NCBI GenBank assembly: GCA_030838025.1
Contig: JAUTXM010000392.1
Span: forward strand, 1 to 43,855
Length of the DNA: 43,855 bases
Source: Acidimicrobiaceae bacterium
GTDB taxonomy: Bacteria > Actinomycetota > Acidimicrobiia > Acidimicrobiales > Palsa-688
Direction: 5' to 3'
How positions within the stretch are numbered: position 1 is the first letter of the stretch; each line of letters starts with the position of its first letter. Positions 1 to 8,120 of the stretch are shown in pieces. Made by a program: the position numbers and the translations under genes. The notes beneath the pieces are model-generated. The model ran no database searches. It was not told the origin of the DNA and saw only the letters and a list, made by a program, of their open reading frames with translations.

Positions 1-1
1 C

Positions 2-442
2 TTTTATGCCGATCGAATCGCGGAACTCCAGAAGGAGTTCGGGCTGGACCGGCTGCGGGTCTGGTTGCTCGACGACCTCCGAGCCGACCCCGAGGCCACG
101 CTGGCCGATGTCCTGTCCTACCTCGGCGTCAACCAGACGTACCAGTTCGACACCGCGTCCGTGCTCAACCGGGGGAGCGCCCCCAAGAGTCAGGTCCTCC
201 AACATGCGTTACCTCGCCACCAGGCGCGACGGGCAATCACCCGAGCCGTCCCCGGGTCGCTGCTGCGCCCCGCGCGATGGCTCTGGGAGCGAACCCAACG
301 GCCGGCCGACCCCTTGCCGACCGCGGTAGCAACCAGGCTGCGCGCCCTCTACGCGGGCGACATCCGACGTCTCGAAGGGCTCATTCAACGCGACCTCTCA
401 CGCTGGATTGAGCCCCAACCACCTCGAATGAGCACCGGGTGA
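2..442 (+). CDS. sulfotransferase family protein, C-terminal part (5' end outside window)
   Basis: The frame is open from base 2 (FYADRIAELQKEFGLDRLRVWLLDDLRADPEATLADVLSYLGV...). Listed ORF 65..442 is only the first in-window Met. The layout resembles the C-terminal third of PAPS-dependent sulfotransferases, and the gene sits beside other sulfotransferase genes. Confidence 0.55.
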   Translation, partial: FYADRIAELQKEFGLDRLRVWLLDDLRADPEATLADVLSYLGVNQTYQFDTASVLNRGSAPKSQVLQHALPRHQARRAITRAVPGSLLRPARWLWERTQRPADPLPTAVATRLRALYAGDIRRLEGLIQRDLSRWIEPQPPRMSTG

Positions 443-479
443 GTCCGCTGATGCAGCCGGCTCAGGCGGTGGCCTCAGG

Positions 480-1169
480 TCACCCCAGGTCGCGGAAGTT
501 GGGCCACCGTTCGATCTCGAGTTCCGGGAAGTCCGTGATCAGCCGCCGGACGTCATCCTGATAGTCCCGGCGGAGTCCGGCCCGCTCCGACGCTGACAAG
601 GTGACGGCCGGGCGTCGGAGCGCGTTGACGGTGCCCGCGATCGGGCGGGAGACGGGTCTGTCGGCTCCCAGCCCGAGAAACGCGAACGTGCGGTCGAGCA
701 TCAGTCGGGGCTGGTCGGTGCAGCGCTCGAACTGGAGCACCAGGACCTGCTCTCTCGGGAAGTACTGAAGCAGCCGCTCCAGCTGGCGGTGATAGAGGCC
801 GCGCCGAAACGCATCCTTCCATGTCTGGTCCCGGCTGTCGCCCCGGCCAATGTCGTGGCTGAGGCCCGACTCGAAGCGCGCCAACGGGTCACGGAGCATG
901 ACCAGAAGCCGGGCCTGGGGTGCCGCCTCGCGGAGCAGCTTCGGCGTCCACTCGTCGTACATGTACCGCGGCGTCCACTCGCCGCACTGCCGGCCCGGCG
1001 GGCGCCGGAAGTGCTGGTGGTAGCGGTCGATGTCGCCCGATCCGAACGGCTCGTGACCGAAGCGGTCGAAGTAGTGCAGTTCCTTCGACGTCCACCCGAG
1101 GGCGTGAACTCCCGGGTGGGCCTCGATCATTGCGTGCCACCAGGAGGTGCCGGCCCGCTGGACTCCCAC
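480..1169 (-). CDS. PAPS-dependent sulfotransferase (Sulfotransfer_1-like); real start probably upstream of 1169
   Basis: A 5'-PSB-like loop GVQRAGTSWW lies at the extreme N-terminus of the listed ORF, and a 3'-PB-like LRDPLARFES follows. The in-frame upstream sequence reads ...PPDWVGVG, which is the expected first beta-strand, but contains no ATG/GTG/TTG. Confidence 0.8.
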   Translation of the reverse strand: MGVQRAGTSWWHAMIEAHPGVHALGWTSKELHYFDRFGHEPFGSGDIDRYHQHFRRPPGRQCGEWTPRYMYDEWTPKLLREAAPQARLLVMLRDPLARFESGLSHDIGRGDSRDQTWKDAFRRGLYHRQLERLLQYFPREQVLVLQFERCTDQPRLMLDRTFAFLGLGADRPVSRPIAGTVNALRRPAVTLSASERAGLRRDYQDDVRRLITDFPELEIERWPNFRDLG

Positions 1170-1291
1170 CCCGACCCAGTCTGGTGGCGCCCCGGGCCAC
1201 CGTCGCGAGACGAGGGGCGGGGCGGACCGCAGGCGAAAAAGGGATCGGGCCGCTCGGCGCCGAAGCCCCTTCGTGGGCGGGGAATCCGGTC

Positions 1292-2119
1292 TCAGTAAGC
1301 GCCTCGCCGGCTGAGCACGGCCGGGATCGTGCGCAAGAGGATGCCGAGGTCTCGCAGCAGGCTCCAGCGCATGACGTAGGTGAAGTCGATCACGGCCCGC
1401 TCGGGGTACCCGACATGGCTGCGACCCCCGACCTGCCAGGCGCCGGTGATCCCGGGTCGTACCGCCAGATACGCGGGGGTGAGGGCCTCGTACCGGAGCA
1501 ACTCGTCGGGAACCACGGGACGCGGTCCGACCATGCTCATGTGGCCCATGAAGACGTTGAACAGCTGAGGGAGCTCGTCCACGCTGGCCCGGCGCAGCAC
1601 TCGACCGAACGGCGTGATCCGTGGGTCCATGGTGGCTGGCAATTTGAAGTGGTTGGCCTCGTACAGAAGAGCCAGATCACGGTCGCGTTCCAACCACCCG
1701 ACGGACCCGACTTGCATGGTCCGGAACTTCAAGACCTCGAAGAACTCGCCGTGTCGCCCGACCCGCGGTTGGCGGAAGAACACTGGCCCGTCCGACGTCA
1801 TTTTGATCGCCAGTGCGACCGCCAGGAGGACAGGAAACATGATGACGATGGCGAGGGCGCTCAGCACGATGTCGATGGCGCGCTTTACCCGGTAGCGAAT
1901 GGCCGGCAGGGTCAGAGCCAGCTCCATGCCAGGCGCCAGGCGAACGACGCCGGGATGGAACGGCACCTCGTCCAACGCATCGAGGGAGGGGACGCTGTCG
2001 GTCGTCGCCGGGCCACCTCGCGGCTGGCTGCGAACCGAACGCGGCGGCACCAAATCGAACACCCTCCCCATCGACCCTGGTAACAAGGCCTCTCCGCCCT
2101 CAGATCCCATCGCACCCAT
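1292..2119 (-). CDS. initiating polyprenyl-phosphate sugar-1-phosphate transferase (bacterial sugar transferase family, small PGT)
   Basis: Contains KRAIDIVLSALAIVIMFPVLLAVALAI, VLKFRTM, DELPQLFNVFMGHMSMVGPRP and RPGITGAWQV motifs. An alternative shorter start is ATG 1927 (MELALTLPAIRY...). Confidence 0.9.
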   Translation of the reverse strand: MGAMGSEGGEALLPGSMGRVFDLVPPRSVRSQPRGGPATTDSVPSLDALDEVPFHPGVVRLAPGMELALTLPAIRYRVKRAIDIVLSALAIVIMFPVLLAVALAIKMTSDGPVFFRQPRVGRHGEFFEVLKFRTMQVGSVGWLERDRDLALLYEANHFKLPATMDPRITPFGRVLRRASVDELPQLFNVFMGHMSMVGPRPVVPDELLRYEALTPAYLAVRPGITGAWQVGGRSHVGYPERAVIDFTYVMRWSLLRDLGILLRTIPAVLSRRGAY

Positions 2120-2237
2120 CAGGACCGCATCTCCATTGGTCGACTGGGCATACCTTCGCTGCCCTAGGTGAGCCCTTGCCGTGCCCTGGTACTCTAGCCA
2201 GCCTGAGGTCGGGTCCGCTCAGATGATATTCATTCGG

Positions 2238-3263
2238 TCATAATTCGACATTCCGCCCCGCCGCCCGGTAGGCCAGCAGCCACTTGACGAACGCCGCCAA
2301 GCCATCCTCGGCCGTCCACTGAGGCCGAAAGTCGATCATCGCGGCGAGATCAGCCACGTCCGCGTGGGTGACGGGGACGTCACCGGGTATCTCGGGACCG
2401 CGTCGGCGCACCGCGGTCTTGCGTAACAACTGCTCGAGCACCTCGATCAGATGATTGACCGTGAGATTCTCCCCATGGCCGATGTTGTACAGGCGCCACG
2501 GAGCCCGACTGGTTGCCGGATCGGGGTCGCTCGGGGACCAGGTCGCGTCGGGCAACGGCGGTATCGCCGCGATCCGGACGATACCTTCGACGATGTCATC
2601 GACATACGTGAGATCCCGTAGCGCCGAGCCGTCGCCGTTCACCGTGATCGGTGTTCCGTCGAGGATGGCTTGGGCGAAGAGAAAGTAGGCCATGTCGGGG
2701 CGGCCCCATGGTCCGTACACCGTGAAGAAGCGCAGCCCGGTGGTGGGGATCCCAAAGAGGTCGCTGTAACTGTGGGCCATCAACTCGTTGGCCCGCTTGG
2801 TCGCGGCGTACAGCGAGACGGGATGGTCGGCCGGATCGTGGACGCTGAAGGGCAACCGGCTAGTCGATCCGTACACGCTGCTCGACGAGGCGTACAGCAG
2901 GTGAGGCAGGTCGATCGCCCGGGCCGACTCCAATACCGACAAGAACCCGACGAGGTTGTCATGCACATAGGGCGCCGGGTGAGCCAGCGCGTGGCGGATG
3001 CCCGGTTGGGCGGCGAGGTGGACAATCACGTCGGGTCGCACGCTCGAGCACAGGTTTACCGTCGCCTCGAGGTCACACAGGTCGAGCTGGTGAAAGCGGA
3101 ACGCCGCGTTGTCGTCGAGGTCGGCCAGCCGGTCTCGTTTGAACGCGGGGGAGTAGTACCCGTTCAGGTTGTCGATGCCCACCGTCTCAATGCCCTGGCG
3201 CACCAATCGGTGCACCAGATGGGAGCCGACGAAGCCAGCTGCTCCTGTCACGACCCACGTCAT
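2238..3263 (-). CDS. NAD-dependent epimerase, UDP-glucuronate 4-epimerase-like (CapI/LspL-type SDR)
   Basis: MTWVVTGAAGFVGSHL Rossmann motif, ASSSSVYG, YAATKRANELMAHSY (YxxxK), and RFFTVYGPWGRPDMA, which is typical of the UDP-GlcA 4-epimerase subgroup. Confidence 0.8.
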   Translation of the reverse strand: MTWVVTGAAGFVGSHLVHRLVRQGIETVGIDNLNGYYSPAFKRDRLADLDDNAAFRFHQLDLCDLEATVNLCSSVRPDVIVHLAAQPGIRHALAHPAPYVHDNLVGFLSVLESARAIDLPHLLYASSSSVYGSTSRLPFSVHDPADHPVSLYAATKRANELMAHSYSDLFGIPTTGLRFFTVYGPWGRPDMAYFLFAQAILDGTPITVNGDGSALRDLTYVDDIVEGIVRIAAIPPLPDATWSPSDPDPATSRAPWRLYNIGHGENLTVNHLIEVLEQLLRKTAVRRRGPEIPGDVPVTHADVADLAAMIDFRPQWTAEDGLAAFVKWLLAYRAAGRNVEL

Positions 3264-3414
3264 TTGCAGTCCTCTCGCGTCAGTCGGGTGCCGTCGCCGG
3301 TTGCGGGCCGTCTCAAACCGTCATCACATGTTGGATTCTGCATGCTGGCCCCATGTCCACGCTGCAGGCCCCGCCGCCCTGGGCGCTGAACGCCACCTCT
3401 GGCGATGGAAACCC

Positions 3415-3612
3415 ATGGTGTACCTTATGATTCTCCTTGTCATCGTTCTCTGGTTCGTAGTCTCGACGGTGACGGCCCTCGTCATCGGCGGGGTCATCCG
3501 CAAGGCGGGCGGCGGAGACATCGTCGCCCATGCCCCGCCGGCCGCCGGCGCGTCCTCCCCAAGAGCGGTCATCATGCGGTCCGTCGATGACCACAAGCTT
3601 GAGACCGGTTGA
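3415..3612 (+). CDS. hypothetical small single-pass membrane protein
   Basis: Internal ATG of listed ORF 3169..3612 gives MVYLMILLVIVLWFVVSTVTALVIGGVIRKAGGG..., one clear TM helix followed by a polar tail. No family recognised. Confidence 0.3.
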   Translation: MVYLMILLVIVLWFVVSTVTALVIGGVIRKAGGGDIVAHAPPAAGASSPRAVIMRSVDDHKLETG

Positions 3613-3637
3613 CCGGTTGACCGGTTGGCCGGTTTGA
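3605..3637. repeat. four tandem copies of an 8-mer CCGGTTGA (CCGGTTGA CCGGTTGA CCGGTTGG CCGGTTTGA)
   Basis: Read directly from the sequence. The array lies about 110 bp upstream of the GTG start of the Wzz/BY-kinase gene. Each unit contains a TTGACC/TTGGCC hexamer. Confidence 0.9.
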
Positions 3638-3747
3638 CCGCCCGTCCAAGCAGGTCCTTGCCGCCTGGACGCAAACGCGGTCGGGGTTATGCTGCTCGGG
3701 CGGCTCCGTGCGTTCGCCCCACCGTCGCAGAAGGAAGGGACTGAGGC

Positions 3748-5604
3748 GTGGACGCGGCAGAAACACAAACGATCGACATCGGACGCTACCTGCGCATCTT
3801 GTGGGCGAACGCGTGGTTGGTGGTGCTGACGATCGCGGTCCTGGCAGGCGCCGTGTATTACTGGTCCAACGGCCAGCCGAAGGTCTACCAAGCGAGTTCG
3901 CTGGTGCGGGTATTCGATCCCTCGGATCCGACCGTGTCGTCGGGCGGCGTTCACGTCGACCCGATTCGCGAAGTCGACATCCAGGTCCTGTACGCGCAGT
4001 CCCCGGAAGTCGTGGCCGAGTTCAAGCATCGGATGGGTAAGGCGGCGGCGCAGATCACCTCGACCGCCGTGTCCGGCGTGACCACCGCCGACGCCGTCAC
4101 CATCTCGGTGTCCAGTGGAAACCCGAAGCTGGCTCAGTCCGGGGCGGGCACCTATGCCCAGGTGTATGTGGACCGGCAGCGGGCGGCGCTCGCGGCCCGC
4201 TTCGGGAGCCAAGCAGCCACCTTCCGGAGTCAGGCCAAGGATCTGCAGACCCAGATCGCGGGACTCGACAAACAGATTTCGGATCTACAGCCGACCGATG
4301 CCAGCCATGTGGTGTTGCAGGGCGGACGACCGATCGTTGTCCCGGAGTCGGACCAGCTTCGCAACCTGAGCAGCCAGCGCGACGCCCTGGCCTCCAAATA
4401 TGCCGACTTGATCAACCAGGCCGCCCAAGCCGATGTCTCCAGTAGCAACCGCCAGGCAGACATCGACATCGTCCAGCCTGCAGCGCTGCCCAAGACACCT
4501 GCCTCGCCCCTCCCGCTGCGAGATGCCGCGATCGCGGCCCTCGCCGGATTGCTGGTCGGACTCGGACTGGTGGTGTTGCGTACCCGACTGCGTGAACGGG
4601 TGACCACGACGGGCGATTTGGGGGCCGCGGCGCCGGAAATGCCCTTCGTTACCGCAGTTCCGCCGAACCACTCCCGGTTCCGGCGCACGCGATCGCCAAG
4701 CCTCGACCTCATATCTTCCGCTGACGGCCGCTTGGCCGAGTCGTACCGGACGATGCGAGCCGCACTCCGCTTCTCGCAGCTGCCTGAAGATGCCATGGTG
4801 CTGCTGATTACCAGCGCTCGTGCGAGTGAGGGCAAGACGACGACTGCCGCGAACCTGGCGGTCAGCCTGGCTCAGGCGGGCGAGAAGGTCGTCGTTGTGG
4901 ATTGCGATCTGCGCCATTCCAACATCCACGAGCTCTTCCAGATCTCCAACGAACGGGGATTCAGCTCGGTCGTGACCAAAACGTGTTCCCTTCGGGAGGC
5001 AGTTCGTACCGTGAATGTTCCCGGTGGCGCGGTGGACGTGCTGCCCGCGGGTCCGCGAACGACCAACCCGGCTGAACTTCTTCTCAAGTCCGGCACGACC
5101 GAAATCCTCTCGGAGCTGAAGTCCCGCTACCGCTTTGTCATCGTCGACGGCCCACCGACGCTTCCAGTCGCCGACGCGCTCACGCTTTCTCGATCGGTCA
5201 GCGGAGTCCTGCTGGTGGTGCGAGCCGGACGAACCCGAACGGCGGCGCTCCGCCAAGCAAATCAACTCCTGCGTCAATTCGACGCTCCGCTTCAGGGGGC
5301 GGTCCTTGTCGGCGCTCACCATGAGAACACCTACGGCGGCTACTACGACTATCCGGCAAACCTCGGCCCGATGAGGAAGCGCAAGCATGTGAAGCGTCCC
5401 ACGTCGAGTCCTCCCTCGAAGCCCGCCCTCAGCCCCAGCCTGGTGACGGCCGATCACCCCTCGGTGAATGAGGAGAAGCAGTCAGGGAGTGAGGAAAAGC
5501 AGTCAGGGAGCGAGGAGACGCAGTCAGGGAGCGAGGAGACGCAGTCAGGGCACACAGACGGGCCGGACAAGCCCGTTGAGCGTCAGGATCAGGTTCGAGG
5601 ATGA
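3748..5604 (+). CDS. polysaccharide co-polymerase / tyrosine autokinase fusion (Wzz domain + BY-kinase, Wzc-like)
   Basis: GTG start preceded by GGAAGGGA. N-terminal Wzz-type TM (LRILWANAWLVVLTIAVLAGAVYYW), a coiled periplasmic-type region and a second TM (AALAGLLVGLGLVVL). Walker A SEGKTTTAANLA, A' VVVVDCDLR, Walker B FVIVDGPP, and Tyr cluster YGGYYDY. Confidence 0.9.
   Translation: MDAAETQTIDIGRYLRILWANAWLVVLTIAVLAGAVYYWSNGQPKVYQASSLVRVFDPSDPTVSSGGVHVDPIREVDIQVLYAQSPEVVAEFKHRMGKAAAQITSTAVSGVTTADAVTISVSSGNPKLAQSGAGTYAQVYVDRQRAALAARFGSQAATFRSQAKDLQTQIAGLDKQISDLQPTDASHVVLQGGRPIVVPESDQLRNLSSQRDALASKYADLINQAAQADVSSSNRQADIDIVQPAALPKTPASPLPLRDAAIAALAGLLVGLGLVVLRTRLRERVTTTGDLGAAAPEMPFVTAVPPNHSRFRRTRSPSLDLISSADGRLAESYRTMRAALRFSQLPEDAMVLLITSARASEGKTTTAANLAVSLAQAGEKVVVVDCDLRHSNIHELFQISNERGFSSVVTKTCSLREAVRTVNVPGGAVDVLPAGPRTTNPAELLLKSGTTEILSELKSRYRFVIVDGPPTLPVADALTLSRSVSGVLLVVRAGRTRTAALRQANQLLRQFDAPLQGAVLVGAHHENTYGGYYDYPANLGPMRKRKHVKRPTSSPPSKPALSPSLVTADHPSVNEEKQSGSEEKQSGSEETQSGSEETQSGHTDGPDKPVERQDQVRG
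5470..5553 (+). repeat. 4 x 21-bp in-frame tandem repeat (EEKQSGS EEKQSGS EETQSGS EETQSGH) in the kinase C-terminal tail
   Basis: gaggagaagcagtcagggagt / gaggaaaagcagtcagggagc / gaggagacgcagtcagggagc / gaggagacgcagtcagggcac, read directly. Confidence 0.95.
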
Positions 5605-6915
5605 CTGAAAAGTTCCCTGGCAGCTGAACGTGCCGGTCGTATAGAGAACCGACCAGGTCGCTTGGCGCGATTTGTCCTTGGCAAACGCCTGTTGGGAAAC
5701 GCCCACCGTCCACAGACCAGGGCCGGCGGGGCTGCTGTTCTGCGCGGCGTTGCCGGCGCGGACCGATACGTTGGCGATGGTTGAGTTGATGAATGCGCCC
5801 GGTGGCAGCTTGTTGGTTCCGTCGATCGACTCCACGACGCCCGCGGCGCAGCTCACCGCCTGCACGTGCGTCACCGCGACGTCATAGTTCATCTGGGCGT
5901 GCGGCGAGAATGAGACGGCTCGGTTGCAGTTCAATCCTGCGATGTCGTCGGCGCTGACACCTCGGATTTCGGACGCGAAGGTCTTGCCCTGGGAGGCATC
6001 GGTTTCGAAGCGCATCGCGGTCCCACCCTGACTGAAGATGTGCTGAAAGTGCACATTGTGGGCGGCGTTCACCTGGTTCGGGCCGTATCCCTTGGGGCCC
6101 CCGATGTTGTACCAGTTGCTCACTGTTCCGTTGTGCGGGTCGTAGAAGGCAGATCCGTTCGCCGGGGTGTCGAATCGTTCCCGGAGGCCCAATGCCGCCC
6201 GTTGGGTTTGCGGCCACCAGCCGTCTTGGGTCGTAGGTAGGCTGGCCGGCTGGGTGGCATTTTGGATCGAGAAGACGTTCTGAATAAGGAAGTCCGTGAC
6301 GTTGAGCGCCTGCACCCCCGCCTCCAGAACGCTGCCCGCGGTGTCCCCTGGATCCAGATTGAACGTGAAGTCCGAGCTCAACGACCAGCCCGGGAACACG
6401 GGGTCCGCCAGGGACTTCAACCCACCGGTTGAACTTCCGACCCCCGTCAAGGTGACGTTGGACAGCGGGGAACCGCCGGGGCCGTCCCAGACGATGAGGG
6501 CCGCCACCATGCTCGAGGTGTCGACATAGCGGCCGCCCGCCTGTTCCAGCACCGCGGCGGCGTCCACCTCGATGCGGAGATTGGAGCGAAAGGTCAGCCG
6601 GATGAGGCGGTAGGTGCCCGGAGGTACGTAGACGACGGCTTGGGGGGCGCCACTTGGACCGGACAGGTACCGCACCGACGAGGCCACGGCCGCGTCTTCG
6701 GCGCGGAGGAAGGCGGCGGTGTCGTCGCCTGTTCCATCACCGAGGGCACCGTAGGATCGTACGTCGACCGCCCCCGGCGTCGCCCCTGCGATGGCCAGCA
6801 CGGAACGCATCTGCGGGGCGGCCCATCCGGGCCGCGCCTCGGTGGTCGACAGTGCGAGGGCGCAGAACGCCACCAATGCGATGAGTTTGGGCAACAAGTG
6901 GCGGATCCTGGGCAT
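5545..6915 (-). CDS. secreted right-handed beta-helix protein (pectate-lyase superfamily / glycoside-hydrolase-like), paralog 1
   Basis: Listed ORF runs to 7041. Internal ATG 6915 gives a signal peptide MPRIRHLLPKLIALVAFCALALSTTEA. DVRSYGALGDGTGDDTAAF matches the Pectate_lyase_3-type N-terminal motif. Long blocks are shared with 11011..12453 and 19318..21303. Confidence 0.8.
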   Translation of the reverse strand: MPRIRHLLPKLIALVAFCALALSTTEARPGWAAPQMRSVLAIAGATPGAVDVRSYGALGDGTGDDTAAFLRAEDAAVASSVRYLSGPSGAPQAVVYVPPGTYRLIRLTFRSNLRIEVDAAAVLEQAGGRYVDTSSMVAALIVWDGPGGSPLSNVTLTGVGSSTGGLKSLADPVFPGWSLSSDFTFNLDPGDTAGSVLEAGVQALNVTDFLIQNVFSIQNATQPASLPTTQDGWWPQTQRAALGLRERFDTPANGSAFYDPHNGTVSNWYNIGGPKGYGPNQVNAAHNVHFQHIFSQGGTAMRFETDASQGKTFASEIRGVSADDIAGLNCNRAVSFSPHAQMNYDVAVTHVQAVSCAAGVVESIDGTNKLPPGAFINSTIANVSVRAGNAAQNSSPAGPGLWTVGVSQQAFAKDKSRQATWSVLYTTGTFSCQGTFQSSSNLILTLNGLVRPVCVP

Positions 6916-7037
6916 CCGGGGCGAAACGTGACATCGCAGGCAGGACAGCCGGCGGGCGAGGGGTCCGAGGTGATTCACGAACTCCGGATCGGCGCCGCAG
7001 GAAATGCTCCTGAGCGGTTTCTGACTTTTCCGGCCCG

Positions 7038-8120
7038 TCAACCGTTCGCAGAAAGGAGATCGAGGTAGCGCTCGGTCACTTCGGCCAAGTCGTACCGAGC
7101 GCAGGCTTCCGAGCGCGGTTGGGCTCGCTCGGTCACGGCGTCGGTCAAGGCGCCGGCGAGCGCAGCGACGTCGCCGACGGGAACGAGCCGACCCCAGCGG
7201 CCGTCCTCGAGGATCTCCCGGGGCCCGGAGTGGCAGTCGGTGGCGACGATCGACAGGTCAAAGGGCAGCGCCTCGATGAGGACCGTCGGCAGGCCCTCCC
7301 AACGAGAAGACAGGGCGAGCGTGTCCGCGGCCCGGAAGTAGGGAAACGGATTGGACACGAAGCCGGGAAGATCCACCCGATCCGCGAGTTTCAGCTCGGT
7401 CACCAGTCGCTCCAGCATGGGGCGACGTTCTCCTTCACCGAGAATGATCAGCCGGCACTCGGGCATCAAGGCGATCGCCCGGATGAGCGTCTCGAAGTCC
7501 TTCTGCTCGACGAGACGCCCGATCGCAAGCACGACGGGCGCTTCCTTCTGAAGCAACCAAGGATGTTCCAGCGTCTCATGACTGGCGGCCAGGAGGTTGT
7601 CGAAGATCACCGGGTTGTACACCACCTCGATTCGGCTCCTCGGATAACCGGTGGTGGATGCCAGATCGTCGGCGACGCCGCGGGACACGGCGACCACCCG
7701 ATCCGCGAGGGGCAAGGCGAAATGGAGTAATACCGGCATGCCCCGGTCGCGCCGGGCCACCTTGTGTCGCGCCGAGGTCGACAGGTGGTTGTGGTGTGTG
7801 ATGACGACAGGCGTCCGGGGCCGAGTCAGTCGTCCGGCGGCGATGCTGACCAGATTGGTGTGGTTGAGACAGGACAGGACGACATCGGGCCGCGCTCGCC
7901 GGAGATAGCGGACGAGCGGAGGGAGCATCAAGGCAACCCGCGAGACGTCGAGCGCGATCAGCCGGGCTCCGTCCGGTACGTCGGAACGCAACGGACCGTC
8001 GCCGTGGGCCGCGACAATGTCCACCGTCACGCCGCGAGACAACAAGCCGCTGGCGACATCGAGGAAGACTCGCTGGGCGCCCCCGCCGGCCAGGCTGGGT
8101 AGAACCATCGCGACTTTCAC
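7038..8120 (-). CDS. glycosyltransferase family 4 (GT-B, Glycos_transf_1)
   Basis: GTG 8120 gives (M)KVAMVLPSLAGGGAQRVFLDVA, a typical GT4 N-terminus. The C-terminal half has LALSSRWEGLPTVLIEAL (the E-x7-E region). The start overlaps the upstream stop as GTGA. The listed 496-aa ORF has an Arg-rich N-terminal extension that overlaps the flippase gene. Confidence 0.85.
   Translation of the reverse strand: MKVAMVLPSLAGGGAQRVFLDVASGLLSRGVTVDIVAAHGDGPLRSDVPDGARLIALDVSRVALMLPPLVRYLRRARPDVVLSCLNHTNLVSIAAGRLTRPRTPVVITHHNHLSTSARHKVARRDRGMPVLLHFALPLADRVVAVSRGVADDLASTTGYPRSRIEVVYNPVIFDNLLAASHETLEHPWLLQKEAPVVLAIGRLVEQKDFETLIRAIALMPECRLIILGEGERRPMLERLVTELKLADRVDLPGFVSNPFPYFRAADTLALSSRWEGLPTVLIEALPFDLSIVATDCHSGPREILEDGRWGRLVPVGDVAALAGALTDAVTERAQPRSEACARYDLAEVTERYLDLLSANG

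Noticed and set aside
920-2083. 387-aa + ORF antisense to the sulfotransferase and the PGT gene
   Set aside because: It is Arg/Ala/Pro-rich, has no motifs, and spans two well-supported minus-strand genes. It is a shadow ORF.
3313-5457. Minus-strand ORFs 3313..4212, 4230..4835 and 4285..5457 inside the Wzz/BY-kinase gene
   Set aside because: They are low-complexity Arg/Gly-rich translations opposite a gene with full Walker A/A'/B and Wzz architecture.
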